From Octopus vulgaris (taxonomy: Eukaryota), in contig OX597829.1 of the NCBI GenBank assembly GCA_951406725.2, positions 7,564,001 to 7,628,000 of the forward strand: a stretch of DNA of 64,000 nt, read 5' to 3'. The notes beneath the pieces were generated by a model that did not search any database, was not told the DNA's origin, and saw only the letters and a list, made by a program, of their open reading frames with translations. The position numbers were made by a program, and so were the translations under genes. How positions within the stretch are numbered: the stretch's first letter is position 1; the number at the start of each line of letters is the position of its first letter. Shown here piece after piece: positions 13,216-27,890 of this stretch.

Positions 13216-16200
13216 TTTCAAAATCTGTGATCTTCCATTGCAACCTTACATGTATAACATTGTCAAATCTACATTACATGGACTTCTGCCACAATCAGTT
13301 ATTAAACTTCTGCAAAGTTCAAACTGAAAAACTGTTCACGACTTTGGACTACTAGAGCTACTGTTACACATAATAAATTATATTCAAAGAAGGCCATGCA
13401 GCTAATTTACAATAGCCTCACTCACCATCAAACTTCAAAACACCATGGTACCTTGATATCTTGCAAACATGGCACTCTGATATCTCTCTCTGTTGTCATT
13501 ACTACAATGACCTCAACTCTTCTTGACGAGCTATTTCTTACCATCACCAACCAAACTTACTTTTGTCACTTGTAACTCCTACATTATCTCATTTCTTTGA
13601 TCTTACATTATACACTTTGCCCCATGCTTTCCTCTCCAAATTATGTTCATCATCTGCTGTAACTACCCTGTCCATATTCTTCTTTCATACACATATCTAA
13701 AGATGTTCAAGCTGAACATCAAAAACGTTTAACATTTCCTCTCTCTCTCTCCATCTTGTCTTTCATGTGGATGCTATCTCTAAACAGCTTCTATTATCAA
13801 TATATTGTCTAAAATCCAGAATATCTACTCTTGTCATTGTTATCGTTGTTGACACCATAGCTGCAACTCCTTCCTCTGTGACAGATGAAGATGACTACAA
13901 TTGAACATAGAAAGCCATATCCTTAAGAACTGTGGGTGCAATGACTAAGATACCTATATTACTGCAGCATGAGCAAGGCTTTTCAGTATTGTGTGACAGA
14001 ATAGGGACCACAATGGGACCTTAGTAATATCTCATCAATCCATCCAACAATTGCACTATAAATCAACTCACCTGTCTACAATTCTATTATCACAATAGGA
14101 ATTAATTTAAAAGACCAGATTTAAAGAAATATTTCAAAGCAACTGAACATTGATACAAATTATTGATATTAATTTTTTTATTTATAGAAAGGCACATTAT
14201 CTGTGTATTATTGTCAAGTTAGGACTAATTGCATCACAGGCCAATGGTACAGGTAACCAAATCATCGAGTACTACCTGTGCATGGTTTAGTGCTCAGAGA
14301 TTGAACCATCTAGTTACTGGACTTTCACAGTGAGAAGAGAGCATGGACACCTAGCAGGATTAAAAACATAACCTTTCTAAAGCAGATAAAAGCTTTGAGA
14401 GCTAGCATCATCCATGTCTTAATGAGGAATTGGCACTACCCCAGAATTATCAAGCTTGATAAAACATTTGAATGGAAGCAGCACCATCATTAAATTCTAT
14501 ACCAGACCAGTCAGGATCTGGTATCAGGAAAATCCATGATCAGAGTTGAGGGAAAGTGTGGTTAAAAATATAATTCCTGCATTCCAACACCAAAAAAGAT
14601 TTTGGAACATCTAAACTTGACTCAGTTAGTTCCGATTGAGTAGAGCTTTGATCAAAGATAATCACAGGTGAATGATGATTGCAGTTTTCCCCTTGCTTAT
14701 AATTTGAGGGTGTACAAAAACAGAGAAAGTGCATCATGTTCAAACTGTCATAATACACCTGATACAATTCCTTACTGCATGGCAGAACATTCAGAATGTG
14801 CAGTATGAGTATCCCTCACTTAAAAGGAAACAGATCAGTGGATCGCACCAGGATGTTATAGGACTGCTTGATTGGAACTGCTCAGAAACAACATTTTAAA
14901 AATGCTCAATTGAAGGAACTTGTAAAATCAAAGACTCTTTCAACACTGCAGTTCATGATAAATGGCACAAATTAGAATTCATACTACTAAAAAGGTTTTG
15001 TTAATAGTGTGAATAAAAGGATTAAAAATCTATAATATAATCATGCCACAGTATTAATTATTGAATTTTGATTATGAACATATTCTTATTTGTTGTCATT
15101 GTTGTTATAATAATTTTTGAACAATAAACTAATATTCCTGTCAAAATCAACCCTTTTATAAGCGTGCAATTGTTTTGATTATAAAGTGTAAATATATTTA
15201 CTCACCACAGACTATTCCTCTCACGCACAAGAGCAAGCACTAAAAGTGCTTCACATATTTGTAAGAAAATCAAAGAGAAAGCAACAAATGAGGAAAAATA
15301 AAAAGAAGTGGACCATTTTTTTTTAAAATGGAAATTAGCCACAAGTGTATTTTAGAAATATTAAAATTCAATATAATGTTTTTAGTAGCGAGATTAGTCA
15401 AGTACATTGTTGCTGATGATAAGCTGGATTAACGCCAAATGCTCATGTACTTGAATTCATTTAAACTTACAAATTTCTCTCATTTTATAATTGTCCTTCA
15501 AGAGTAACACAGTCACATGTACATATGTATACAGACACACACACACTCATACATACATATATACATGCATGCACACATCGATTCATATGCATATGTGAAT
15601 AAAATCATTAATAATTTATGTTAGTGAATGACTCTAATGAACCTTGTTATATTCTAACACAGTATATACATTGATTGTCCCAAATGTGTGGCCTGAAGCA
15701 GCTTTGTTTAGTCTGGCATGAGCTCAATTTTATAAGAAAATAAAAACATTGTTATTTTCTAAATTTTGAAATATCCTACACAACATCTATATTGCTAGTA
15801 TTCACTCAAATTTGGAGACTGACAACAGTTGTGATTAACATCACTTTTGATTAGTTGAATCAGAACATCTCAATGAATTTATCCTTAATTCAACCAATGA
15901 AAAAGAAGCTTATTTACTTGTAAAAGATGTGTCCTGTATTCACTTCACTTTCTGGTTATTTTCATTTTAAAATCACACATAATTCTCATTCAAATGAAAT
16001 TTAATGATGTTGAAAGGTTTGGGAACTGAAATAGTGCAAGCTTGGAAAGGAATCTTTTACATAATAATAAATTGAATATTAACTGTCTGATATGGATATT
16101 AGCGATTTTAAGGAAGATAAAGTGATTCTCAAACTGAAATGAATGAATTCCAGCCATTAAGTGGACAGCAAACTGACCTGTTTGATTTGCAGTTAACAAA

Positions 16201-18549
16201 TTTCTGTTGCAAAATAGTACAATGTGCAACAAAACTCATCATGAAAATAAATTTGAAAACTTCAGTGACAAGATTTGTGAGAAGAAATTGCTAAATTATG
16301 CATTCACTCAGAGAATCTGTTTTTAAAAAACTTGTATAAAATAAAGAGTTATGTTGTACTGAGAGCTAGTTGCATAACTGAAAATGAAATAGCCTGTTTG
16401 GCAAAGTTTTACGGGGTTATATAACAGGTATATATTACCAATGATCAAAGCATCAGTCTTCATGTTCGTTATTAACTGACTATGCGTTTACAATCTATTT
16501 GTTTAAGCAGTCAGATATTCATCATTTTCTTAGGTGAATCTAGATGAGCCTAATTAATTTGAAATTACATGACCTAAGCTTTGAGTCAAGTATATAATAG
16601 TGGTCCCTCAAAAAAAAAAAAGAAGTTTTTTTGATGTAATCCCCATGGCTTTTGCAGGCCATCTGAGATTAGAGAGATTGATGCTATTATCATCTTTCTT
16701 GAATAGTTACAGCAAAAACATGCAATGAGGGAGAAGATTCTAGGGAGCCAGCATACTGGGGAAGCAAACTGTTGGGCCAGGGGATAAGTGCAGCAATATG
16801 GGTAATGAGATGAATAGAAGACAAATGGTTTGGGAGTATCTGTACTTGGGTGGGTGGGGGTGGAGGGCATAAAATTTAGCATCTCTGAGGAGCAGATGCC
16901 ATACTGTAATAGAATGGGAAAAGAAAGCAAGATGAAACAGCTTGTCTATGGATTAGGGGTTGGGCTGTGGAGACATGCAAATGGGGTTAACACCAATATT
17001 TTATTAACCATACTAATACCAAATCTCCTCTTATATTATCTAACCATTCAATAATGATATCCATTTACCACAATATTCATGAATGTATACTTATTATACG
17101 TACATTAATATAATCAATACATTGATATCTCTTTTCCACAAATAATCCCCTTATAATGACATCTCATTAAACACAATTACTGTATAAGAATATACAGTAT
17201 ATATACAAGATTTTAGTAATGGTATACCAGATCTCAATATGTTTAAAAAGTGATTATAAAACAGTTGGTATTAGGAAGGGCAAGCGGCCATAAAGCAATG
17301 CATCAAAATGTCCAACCGATACCCACACATGAAAGCAGACATTAAATGAGGATTATGGTAATGATAATACAAGCTAATGAAGAGGTATCTACATGATCAT
17401 TCAAGCTGCAGGAAATTGCTGCCAGATTGTCTTAAATTACTGTCTACCATCTTAAAATAGGAACAATACCTTAAATAATGTAGTCTTAGATGTACAAAAA
17501 GAAAAAAAAGAAAGAAAAAGACATGATGACCACAGATGAAGCTCTTTTAGTCCATGACTGAAAGAGCTCCATCTCTGGTCATCATGCATAGTTGGCTATA
17601 CTCCAAGTCAGTCTTGGAGTAAATAACAGCTATATGTGAATGGATATCTTACAATTCATAGACCAGTTTAATGCAGAGATTTCTTTCTCAAATATAAACG
17701 AATGTCATACATTGGACAATTATTTCTATATTAATTAACATCTTACACATTTATGAAATATCTCACATTATACAAACCAGTTTTTACTTTATACAAACTG
17801 ATCTCACATTAAACTGTTAGTCCCATACTTAATAATTTCAATAAATTATACCAGCAGTCTACGTACATTAAATTATACAAAATCAATTTTATAATGGTCT
17901 TCCTCGTTATACAATCCAGTTTTATAATGCTAATTCACATTACATAATCAGTGTGTTCTGAAATATGTCACATTACACAACCAGTCTATATAATATATAT
18001 GTAAAGATGGAAGATTAAAATTAATGAAGTCTCTCAAATAGCAATAACTAAGACAACATGGCAGGTAGTTGTCCTCCACAGTTGTGGCAGCAATGTCTTG
18101 CATCTCTTGTTCAATATTGGAAAATATGCTTGAGATTCCATTTCCATGTATTCACTTATACATCCAAAATTAAATATATATTGTTGCTTCCATTTGGCTC
18201 TTAAATTTCCATAACAGACAATTTGGCTTAATCTGGTAAGATTATTTTTCTGAGTGAGTTAAAACCTTTCGGGATGCTATGCTTATGGTCAATATAGCTG
18301 GCTATAGTGTTTTAGAAGAACTTTATATCAGAAGATTCTTTGACTAGGTTGGCAGAAATGGATGTCCATTTATAATAAATCAAAATGTTGAAACTAATGG
18401 AAATGCTCTAGGAACTTTTGTGCAGAATATGAGGATTACAACTTGCTTGATGCCATAAATCCTAAATAAACACTATAAATAGAGCCAGGAGATTACTCTT
18501 AAGACGTATTCATGGAACTGGGTCTAAAATTGAGAAAAACTGCAAATAG

Positions 18550-18798
18550 ACACACACACGCACGCACACACATATATATATATGTATACATAGGTGTATG
18601 TGTGTTTGTGTATATGTGTAAGTAAACATATTTGAGGTGTGCATATAAGTTATGTGTACACATGGACATACACATATATGCAATATATATGTGTATATAT
18701 ATATACATACATACATATATATATACATATATGTTTATATATATATATACATACATATGTCTATATATATATATACATACATATATGTCTATATATAC

Positions 18799-18860
<62 letters not shown>

Positions 18861-18993
18861 AGAGTAAGAGAGAGGAGGGGGAGAGAGAGAGGGAGATGGA
18901 GATGAGTGCTAAGATGTTAACATTTTTGTATGACAAATACAGTAATGATGCTTAGTTCTAATAGTGTTAAAACCTTTTAGAAAGTACTTTGGT

Positions 18994-19036
<43 letters not shown>
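18550..19036. repeat. (TA)n, (CA)n and (GA)n microsatellites
   Basis: Direct inspection. Confidence 0.9.
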
Positions 19037-19039
<3 letters not shown>

Positions 19040-22000
19040 TCTACCCTGCTCAAAAAAGAAAATCAACATCTCAAACTGTAATTATTTCTATTTACTTTAA
19101 TTCATTCAATCAAAATTGATGATCAAGTTTAATGTTTTTGAAGTGTTAGAAACATACGTACATGCAGTGTTTATTGGTCGAGATGATTACTCGTTACCAT
19201 CGTCGTCGTCAGCAGCAGCAGCAACAACAGCAACAGCAACAACAACAACATTGATTATATCCTGACATATGTGAAAATATGCTGGTCACTTTTTGGGGTG
19301 AACAAAATGTCACAGATTTCATATGCAATATATTTGCTCAGCTCTGTGTCATAATGAATCTCTCAGAATTTGATCCGTGGATAAAATATTGAAATAGATG
19401 CTAAGCTGAGGGAGACTTGACATGTTGAGAATTCCTGATCAGCTTATTTTAAGCAGGTATATAATATGTATTGACAAAGAGTATAAGAATCATTGAAGGA
19501 ATAACAGACATCTATATACCCACATTGACACTAAAGCTGTAATTACTATTATAATAATACAGAAATATCTTCTTTATTTTTCTTTCTAGCCAAGAAAAGG
19601 CTGATATTAAGGACAATTTCATTCATATTCATTTTCCATTATCTTTTCTAGAGGCCCCAAAGTCCTTAAATCTGACCCTATTATCCTCTCTCTTCAGTAC
19701 CTTCCACCAGCATATCATATCGCTCAACATATCAAGAGTACTCTTAAATGGGCTGGACATGCAACACTGGCATCGGCATATATCTTTTTAAAATATTTTC
19801 ACATATGTCTTTTTACACTGAATTTCAAGTTAAATCAGAATTTCATTTATAGTTTTGGAATTTTTTCACCTGCCTCACTCTCTCCTTTCGTATATTGTTT
19901 GCTAAAAAATACTCAGTAAATCTGTAATATTTCCATTTTTGTGAAAATAATGATAAAAATGATAAATAAAAAATGATAATAAAAACAAATCAACACTTGA
20001 ATTAATTGAAATTTCCAATTTTATTAATTAAACAGGAGATGACTGTTAAGTTGAGATATTCAGTTCTCAGAATTTTGAAAGACTTTTCAAAAGACACGTG
20101 TGTAGCAGAAACAGAAATAAAGAAACAATATTTCTTAAAAAAAGTTACTGTTAATAAACTGTCAACAATATCATTTAAAAGCAAAGCAACAAAACTGTTT
20201 TAGATGATGATTAAAAGATAAAATAACAAAAATGTAACAGGTGTAGTAATGAATGAAAAAATATAAAAATCAACACTGGTTATAAAAAAACGTGAAAAAG
20301 GGAAGCCACATCAGAAATTTTTTTTTCAATTTCCTTTTATTAATATATTTAGCATTAATTTTTTCTGATAATTTTCTCCAGTAATCATAAGTTAATAAAA
20401 TAAATTTTAATAGGATTAAAACAACAATTTTTTTTTTTTTAAGTGAAGGTTAAGGGTTTAAGTTGTGAAAAAAAATTAATAATAGGAATTTTGTAAAATA
20501 TGTTATCTAAATTTACTTAATATAAACAATAAACATTGTTATATAATTAAAATGTAAGATACGTTTGTGCAAGTATGACTTTCACCAAGGAAGCAAAATA
20601 AGAAAGATGTTTGTGTAGAAATTCAAGGAAGGTCCATTCCTTAAAATGTGTGTGTGTGAGAGAGAATGATTAGGTGTGCATAAATATAATTTCTAACATA
20701 AAACTCAGTACCTGAAATTTTGTTGATGTTGTTAATTAGGCAATCCATCCTCAACACAGCTGATACTGATTTTAATGACCAAAAGAGGATTTTGGTTCCC
20801 AGTGGCATTGGAACTTAGAACTTAGATGCTTCATAATATATCACAAGGCATTTTGTTTGATGCTCTACTGATTCTGAAAATTCCAATGAATGAATGGCTG
20901 ACATCTCTAACAAAATGCTTTCATACTACAATAGTTAAAAAAGAAAAAAAAAAGCTTTTACACTGTAAATACTAGGAAAGCTTGCAAAGCAGTTAATAAA
21001 CAGCATTGCCAACATGTGGCACAAGCATATCCAAAGACCAAGTCTTCAAAAGTATTAAATTGGTTGTAATAAGGTTAATATGAATACACACACACACATT
21101 TTCTTCATTTCAGAGAACAATAAAATGTTTTCACATCAACTGAAATTGCCATAACTAAAGTTTTGAACAAATGACAGCAGATTTTCAGGTACTTTGAAAC
21201 AGTTATATTTGTGTCCAACATAATACATTTATACATATGTGTATGTGTAAAAATATATAAACCTCTATACGTACATGTGTTTACACATACAGGTGTATAC
21301 TGACATACATATCTACACATTTGTATATGCATAGATACACACACACACACGTCTCCACATATATAAAACTGATGTTCCATTCTGTTGCTATTCAGAGTCT
21401 CAAATGATGTTATTATTCAAACAGCAGAGCGAATCATCAATTTATACAATTATAATCTCTAACAGATACTCTCTCATTTTTTAAACAGAAAAAGAAAGTG
21501 TATGTTAATATGTATGGATGTGTGTTTTGGCAGATATGTCTTCTTCCTCCTCCTCCTCCTCCTCATTATTTTACATTTGCTTTCCATGCTAGCATGGGTT
21601 TAGTCAGTTGTCATGGTCAATCACTGTGAGTTGTTTCCAGAAAATGTGTGCACCCTTACACTGGGATTGGTTTCTTTGGCTGGATTCCCTTCCTACAACC
21701 AGCTGTTTTACAGAATGCACAGGGAGCGTTCCTTTGTGACAATCACAGTACAGAGATAAATACTCAACAAGACAAGATTACAGAGTCTACAACCTTACAC
21801 TTTCTCTACTCATTAACCTACACATATATGTACACTAAAATACACACACATACATGTGTGTATGTATATATATATATTACACTTGAATGATAGGACAAAT
21901 GAAAGATAAGGGCATTCAACACATCTAGTGTAGTTACATGTATTACTTAAAACAGTTTTCATTCAGTTCTATGTGACTTAATGTTTTGTAGGCAATTAGC

Positions 22001-22579
22001 AGAAGCCAGTCTCTGTTAGACTTTGGATAGCCTGAAAGCGACGAGCTTCTGCCAGAAGCCTGTGAAAATTGAAGACACATTGTGCCAAATCAAATGGATT
22101 TAAATAACACACAAACACATATATATTATCATCATCGTTGTCGTTTAACGTCCGCTTTCCATGCTGGCATGCGCTGGATGGATATATATATATATATGGA
22201 TATCCAGTGAGTGTGCATGTGTAATGAGTATCTCCCCATCTCATCATATTTCTATACATTCGACTATTTATGTTTCAGAGATATTTATTCATCGCCCCAT
22301 CCTATCCTATCTGTCTTTCTTTTTGTCCACACACACACACAGATATCTGCATGTGTGCCAAATGCTAATTAACAAAGCAAATTTGCAATGAAATTTCAAA
22401 CGAACAGTATCTACATACAGAATAAATGTTGTTGAGGGTGAATAATAGATAACAACATTTTAAGATTTTTAAGGCCAATTGGCACAGATGTGAGCATGTC
22501 TTTGGGGTATCATAAACATGTTGAGAAAGGTAGAGTTATATCTCAAAATAATTTCCATCTAATACCTAATATAAAATAT

Positions 22580-22626
22580 GCTTATCTATCTACCTAGCAA
22601 GCTATCCATCCATCCAACCTTTTCTA

Positions 22627-22668
<42 letters not shown>

Positions 22669-22760
22669 CCTAACTATCTATCTGTCTATCTATCTATCTA
22701 TCTATCTATCCGCCTGCCTCCTTATCTATCTATCTATCTACCTACCTCCCTCCCTCCCTA
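22580..22760. repeat. (TATC)n microsatellite
   Basis: Direct inspection. Confidence 0.9.
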
Positions 22761-23364
22761 TGCATGTGTATGTGAGTGTAAGTGTGTGATGCATGTGACT
22801 ATGTTTCGCTAATCTTGAAACATTCTTCTAAACAACTCTTTGAAAGATATAATCTTCAAGTAAACAACGGAGCCTTAGTATATATTAACAGGTTCGTAAA
22901 CATATGAGTTACTTCTCATACTCTGCCTAAATATGGACATATCTTGATAACTTTTTAAAACTTCTGCAGTTAGATTTTTGGAATGAACATCACTTATATA
23001 TATTATATAAGACAAATGGCTTTTATTAAAACATTTATAGAATACGTAACACTTTCCATCTGTATTTCCCTCCTATTAACTGAATTCTAAATTTTAAGCT
23101 GCTGCTACTGGCATTACTATTACTACTACTGCTACTACTACTCCTCCTCTTCTCTCACATACAAGTGTGTAAATTAACACTTTTAATTAATGGTTTCATA
23201 ATGATGAACTTAGGAAACCAAGACAGCAATTAGCATTTTCAGCTTCACTAAACAAAAGTATAATACTCTGCAATATTATAAACTTGTAATGTTAGGGTTT
23301 ATCATTTAAATCTGCAGGGTTTTATTCTAATAAACAAACATACTTTCACACACACGTGTGTGTA

Positions 23365-23458
<94 letters not shown>

Positions 23459-23585
23459 TATATATATATATAGATATATAGGTATGAGTAGGCTCAATAT
23501 ATATAAATGGAGTAGTAAATATTAGTAAATTTATGGTATTTTCAATTCGGGCATATTTAGTGATGTTGACATAGTGAATCTTGTG

Positions 23586-23663
23586 CTAGTACATAGCTTT
23601 CATCTCTTGTTTAACACAGTTTTTAAATGTGTTCCAGTTACCATGCTGTGTCATAACGTGTGC
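23586..23663 (-). CDS. MICU3: MICU3/MICU2-like calcium uptake protein, last coding exon
   Basis: Acceptor tttactttcag|, phase 0; AHVMTQHGNWNTFKNCVKQEMKAMY*, matching the MICU C-terminal helix motif F-K-x-C-x-K-x-E. Confidence 0.88.
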   Translation of the reverse strand, partial: AHVMTQHGNWNTFKNCVKQEMKAMY

Positions 23664-23682
23664 CTGAAAGTAAATAATAATG

Positions 23683-23713
<31 letters not shown>

Positions 23714-23995
23714 CAGTAATAATAATGATAACAACAATGATGATAATAAAAATATCAGTTTCAAATTTTGGCACAAAGCCAGCAATTTTGGGGGATTACA
23801 TCAAGTCCCTGCGTTCAGCTGGTACTTAGTTTATTGACCCTGAAATTATGAAACGCAAAGTCAATCTCGGTGGAATTTGAACTCAGAATGTAAAGACAGA
23901 TGAAATGCCACTAACCATTTCATCCAGCACACTAACGATTCTGCCACTTCCCCTCCCCCTTAAAAATAAAATAATAATAATGATAATAATAATAA

Positions 23996-24953
23996 CCTGA
24001 CAAATACAAACAAAAATCATACTACCTCACAAAGAAGAAGAAGAAACAACAAAAGTTATAAAACAAATGAGATCCAAACTAAAACTAGAACAGCAACGGA
24101 CCATGATAAAACGATGGCAAGAAAAGTCCCTTTATGGCAAATACTGGACAAACTAAATGCAAAAGAAATAGACAAAGAAAAATCCCAGCAATGGTTGAGA
24201 AGCTCAGGACTCAAAGCAGAAACAGAGGGATTTTTAATTGCAGCACAAGACCAAAGCCTCCCCACCAGAAATTACCAAAAACATGTAATGAAAAGAAATA
24301 TAACAAGTAACTGCAGAATATGTGGAGATGGACAAGAAACAATAAATCATATCATCTCTAGCTGCCCAGTCCTGGCTAAGAAGGAATATATTCACAGACA
24401 CGACAGAGTTGGGACCTACATACACTGGAAGCTATGCCAACATTATGGAATAACAACAGAAAAAATATGGTATAGGCACACATCAGAAAAGGTCACAGAA
24501 AACGAGAAAGCAACCATACTCTGGGATATGCCAATACACACAGATAGAGAAATTAAGGCCAACAGACCAGATATAGTTGTCAGAGATCATGAAGAAGAAA
24601 AACACTTTCTAATTGATGTATCAATACCGGCAGATGACAACGTGTCTCTAAAAGAAATATAGAAACTCTCAAAATACAAAAACCTGGAAGTAGAGGTAAC
24701 CAGAATGTGGAATCTAAAAACAGAAACAATTCCTATCATAGTAGGTGCATTAGGCATGATAGAAAAATATTCAGACAAATACATAACAAAAACACCAGGA
24801 CTTACAAACACATATAACATACAGAAAATTGCACTACTAGGTACTGCACACATCCTACGCAGAACACTTTCAATACAGTAACCATCAGAGCATCACAACA
24901 AATCACAGCACATACCCAAGGCACACAGAGCATGTGATAAAAATAAGGCTACT
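23996..24953 (+). mobile_element. R4/Dong LINE 3' end (CCHC knuckle plus RLE), well preserved, flanked by (AAT)n
   Basis: LKAETEGFLIAAQDQ, CRICG..ETINHIISSC, ILWD..RPDIVV..IDVSIP..K, PIIVGALG; one stop at ~24660; (AAT)n on both sides. Confidence 0.93.
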
Positions 24954-26069
24954 GAATAATAATAATAATAATAGAATCAAATTTTGCCACAAGGACAGGA
25001 GTTTCTCTTAAGATGCTTACCTTCTGTCACACATGCACATTGACACTGCACATTCAGCGAAGCAGACTCGATATCCTTTCCCTATAGATAAGCTAATAAT
25101 TCTTGTGATGCCTCTCTACCATGAAACTCATACCTACAGCTCTTAAGCTTCCAAGATGAGAACCAGAACAAAACACTTAAGCTACAAATACCAAACGCAG
25201 TTCTAACACACACTCTCTCAGATTTTCATACACAATTATCCCAGGTGACATAAAAAACAACAACAACAATCTGACTGATTAACAATGATTCACTCAGCAA
25301 CACACTCAGTGGCCATTAGAACAACAGACTCTGCCCCTATGATGAACCAGCTAATTTCATACACCACACTCCTCCTCCTCCTTTCATTGCAGACACTTGT
25401 CTTTCCTCACTGTGTCTCACCTTCTACACCTCTCAACAGGAAACCGCTGCCTGGTTTTTCCTTCCCCAGTACTACTGCAACTGTTTGGAATTCCCTTCCT
25501 GCTTAGACTGCATCAATGTCAAAAGTATGGGAGGGAACTGTAGCCACAGGTCATGGCTACTGCCCTCTCTCCCACTACTCCTCACTAACTCATTTAAAAA
25601 ACAAATACATAACTATTTTGTTTTCACCATAAATTTCAACAGCAAAAACATATAAACAAATAAATAATGATGACATTGCATTACATTAACAAAGTGTCAC
25701 ATAGATTTCAACAACAAGAATGTTACACAACTACACACAATGATAATGTATAGGTTATTTTCAACAGCTGTATTTTTCAAATAACAGAGAAATTACATTA
25801 GATGAGGTGAAATAAAACTATTTAAGCAAAAAAAAAAACCCCCAAAAAACCCCCAAAAAACCCCCTTCACTATTCACGCTCACATGTGTAGGGTGATTGT
25901 GGTGCAACCTGCAAATAAGATTATAAGAAGTCAATATCACACTTCTTAACTCCTGCAAATCAGACAGCAAAATGTTGATGGTGTAAAACAAGCATGCTGG
26001 ATTCTGTCTAACCATCTATCTTGTCATGTGTGTGTGTATATATATATATATATATAAATATATATATAT

Positions 26070-26338
26070 ATCTGAAAAGGATATGTGACAATTATTCGGT
26101 AGCCAAGATAAAACTCTGAGTTTTCGGATGCCGAGGTGGAAATACACACCACCATCTCTTCTGATAGATGGCCAGATAACCGGAAGAGATGGTGGTGTGG
26201 ATTTCCACTTCGGCATCCAAAACTCAGAGTTTTATCTTGGCTACCGAATAATTGTCACATATATTTTACAGATGAATTCCTCTATTTACATAATATTGAG
26301 GTCTCTTTCTTTCTTTTGTTATCTTACCGTTTTTACCA

Positions 26339-26340
<2 letters not shown>
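26070..26340. mobile_element. Palindromic Penelope-like terminal-repeat fragment with two degenerate hammerhead motifs
   Basis: ~82-bp inverted arms (26081-26163 / 26181-26262). Each arm reads C(A/G)GAAGA-GATG..CATC-C(G/A)AAA-..CTCAGAG-TT-TTATCTTGGC. Flanked by (TA)n. Confidence 0.7.
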
Positions 26341-26384
<44 letters not shown>

Positions 26385-26495
26385 AACAAAAACAAAGAAC
26401 AAGCACAAAACACACACACAAAAAAACAACAACAGCAACAAAAGGACATGGTACACGTAAAGAATTAGCAGACTCTCTAAGAAGGAAAGAAAGTT

Positions 26496-26532
26496 GGTTT
26501 TACATTTCAAGCAAAGCTCTTCTTCAGAATCA
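26496..26532 (-). ncRNA. Minimal type I hammerhead ribozyme motif (Penelope-type), probably decayed
   Basis: Minus strand gatt-CTGAAGA-a-gagc-ttt-gctt-GAAA-tg-TA-aaacc. Confidence 0.6.
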
Positions 26533-27706
26533 GAGGAAGTCCAAAAGAAAAGGAAGACAGAGGAAAAACGAAATCGCCAATAATTGACATGTGGTTACAT
26601 TTTGAAATAAATAAATATATATATATAAAATTGAAGAAATTGGAATCATGAAGAAGGATTATGGTTGGACAAGGGCGAACCTGTCTGACAGACATGCCCT
26701 CACAACAGACACCATATGTAGCTAAGCAGTTAACAAATTCAAACCTCGGCAATCAGAGGAGATGGCCTTAAAGTCAAAGATTTTAAACTAACAGTAACAA
26801 CAATACTCATATATCGCTTGAAGAAACACAACTGGATATCATTATGCAGACAAACAGTTGTGTAATCGAATACCTGTATTCTTGGAGAATTACACTGTGT
26901 CAAAACGTGCAACCATAATCCTTTTTCTTGACTCCTATTTCCACAATTTTATACTCACACATGACGAATGCCTAAATCTAAACTTAGAAATACATAATAA
27001 TACTACCAATAGTACTGGGTAATTCTCAAGGTGGATGAGCTTTATACCGTACCATGTTTCTAACGGAATATAACGTAACTATATATATATATAGATACAT
27101 ACATACATACATACACACACAGATCAAGGAGTACTTGATGACACTTAATCATCAGTATATTACCAAGTCAATTAAAAATATATGATCAATAACAACAAAT
27201 ACACACAAATTATTTAGAATTAGTTATATTATTAGTTAAGTTCAATCGAGTTTCTTTTTTGTTTTGGAAAGAATAGAATGTAAAAGCTTTCACCTTTATA
27301 TTAATAACTATGGAAGACTGGTGGGGATATTACCTGCATGCACTTGTAGTGCTAGGTTGCTATTTAGTTAGGTAATTTAGAAGTTAGTTATAGGTCTCCT
27401 TATTGAATTTATTTACTGATACTGTTTTTGTACAGAGGGTAAATGTGTTCCTTTGTTGTAGTTTAATTAATAATATTAGTGCTTAATCCTTCATAGAATT
27501 AAGATTGAATGAATGTAGTGATATCTAAGGTATGTTTGTTCCCAAACAACACTTATTTTAGTGCTGTTCATACCACCGGATTGAGTGGTACTGTCCAGAT
27601 GTCGAAACCATAATGATATCTGTGGGGCAGCTCATGATGGATGAGTGCTGGATTGTTGGTATGGCTGTTGTTGCATGTGTGGAATAGTTTTATAAGACAT
27701 CTATTC

Positions 27707-27752
<46 letters not shown>

Positions 27753-27850
27753 GTTAATCCAAACATGAAAACACAAAGAGAAGACACAACGCAAGGACAT
27801 GGAACAAGTATAGTGTTATTGGATGCTCAGGAAAGGAAAGAAGGATGGAG

Positions 27851-27890
27851 GATTGGGTGTTTCGAGCGGAGCTCTTCATCAGAAACATAG
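27851..27890 (-). ncRNA. Minimal type I hammerhead ribozyme motif (Penelope-type); core intact, stems III and I decayed
   Basis: Minus strand gttt-CTGATGA-a-gagc-tcc-gctc-GAAA-cacccaatc. Flanks (27752-27945) resemble 26382-26600. Confidence 0.6.

Noticed and set aside
15206-15239. Minus-strand ag|34 nt|gtgagt exon-like segment
   Set aside because: Downstream of the MICU stop, with no partner exon or recognisable peptide.
19100-21100. Possible MICU 3' UTR end and AATAAA signals on the minus strand
   Set aside because: Many AATAAA matches in very AT-rich DNA; cannot choose without transcript data.
26016-26468. Near-identical ORFs on both strands (MPKWKSTPPSL / MPRWKYTPPSL)
   Set aside because: A consequence of the DNA palindrome, not genes.
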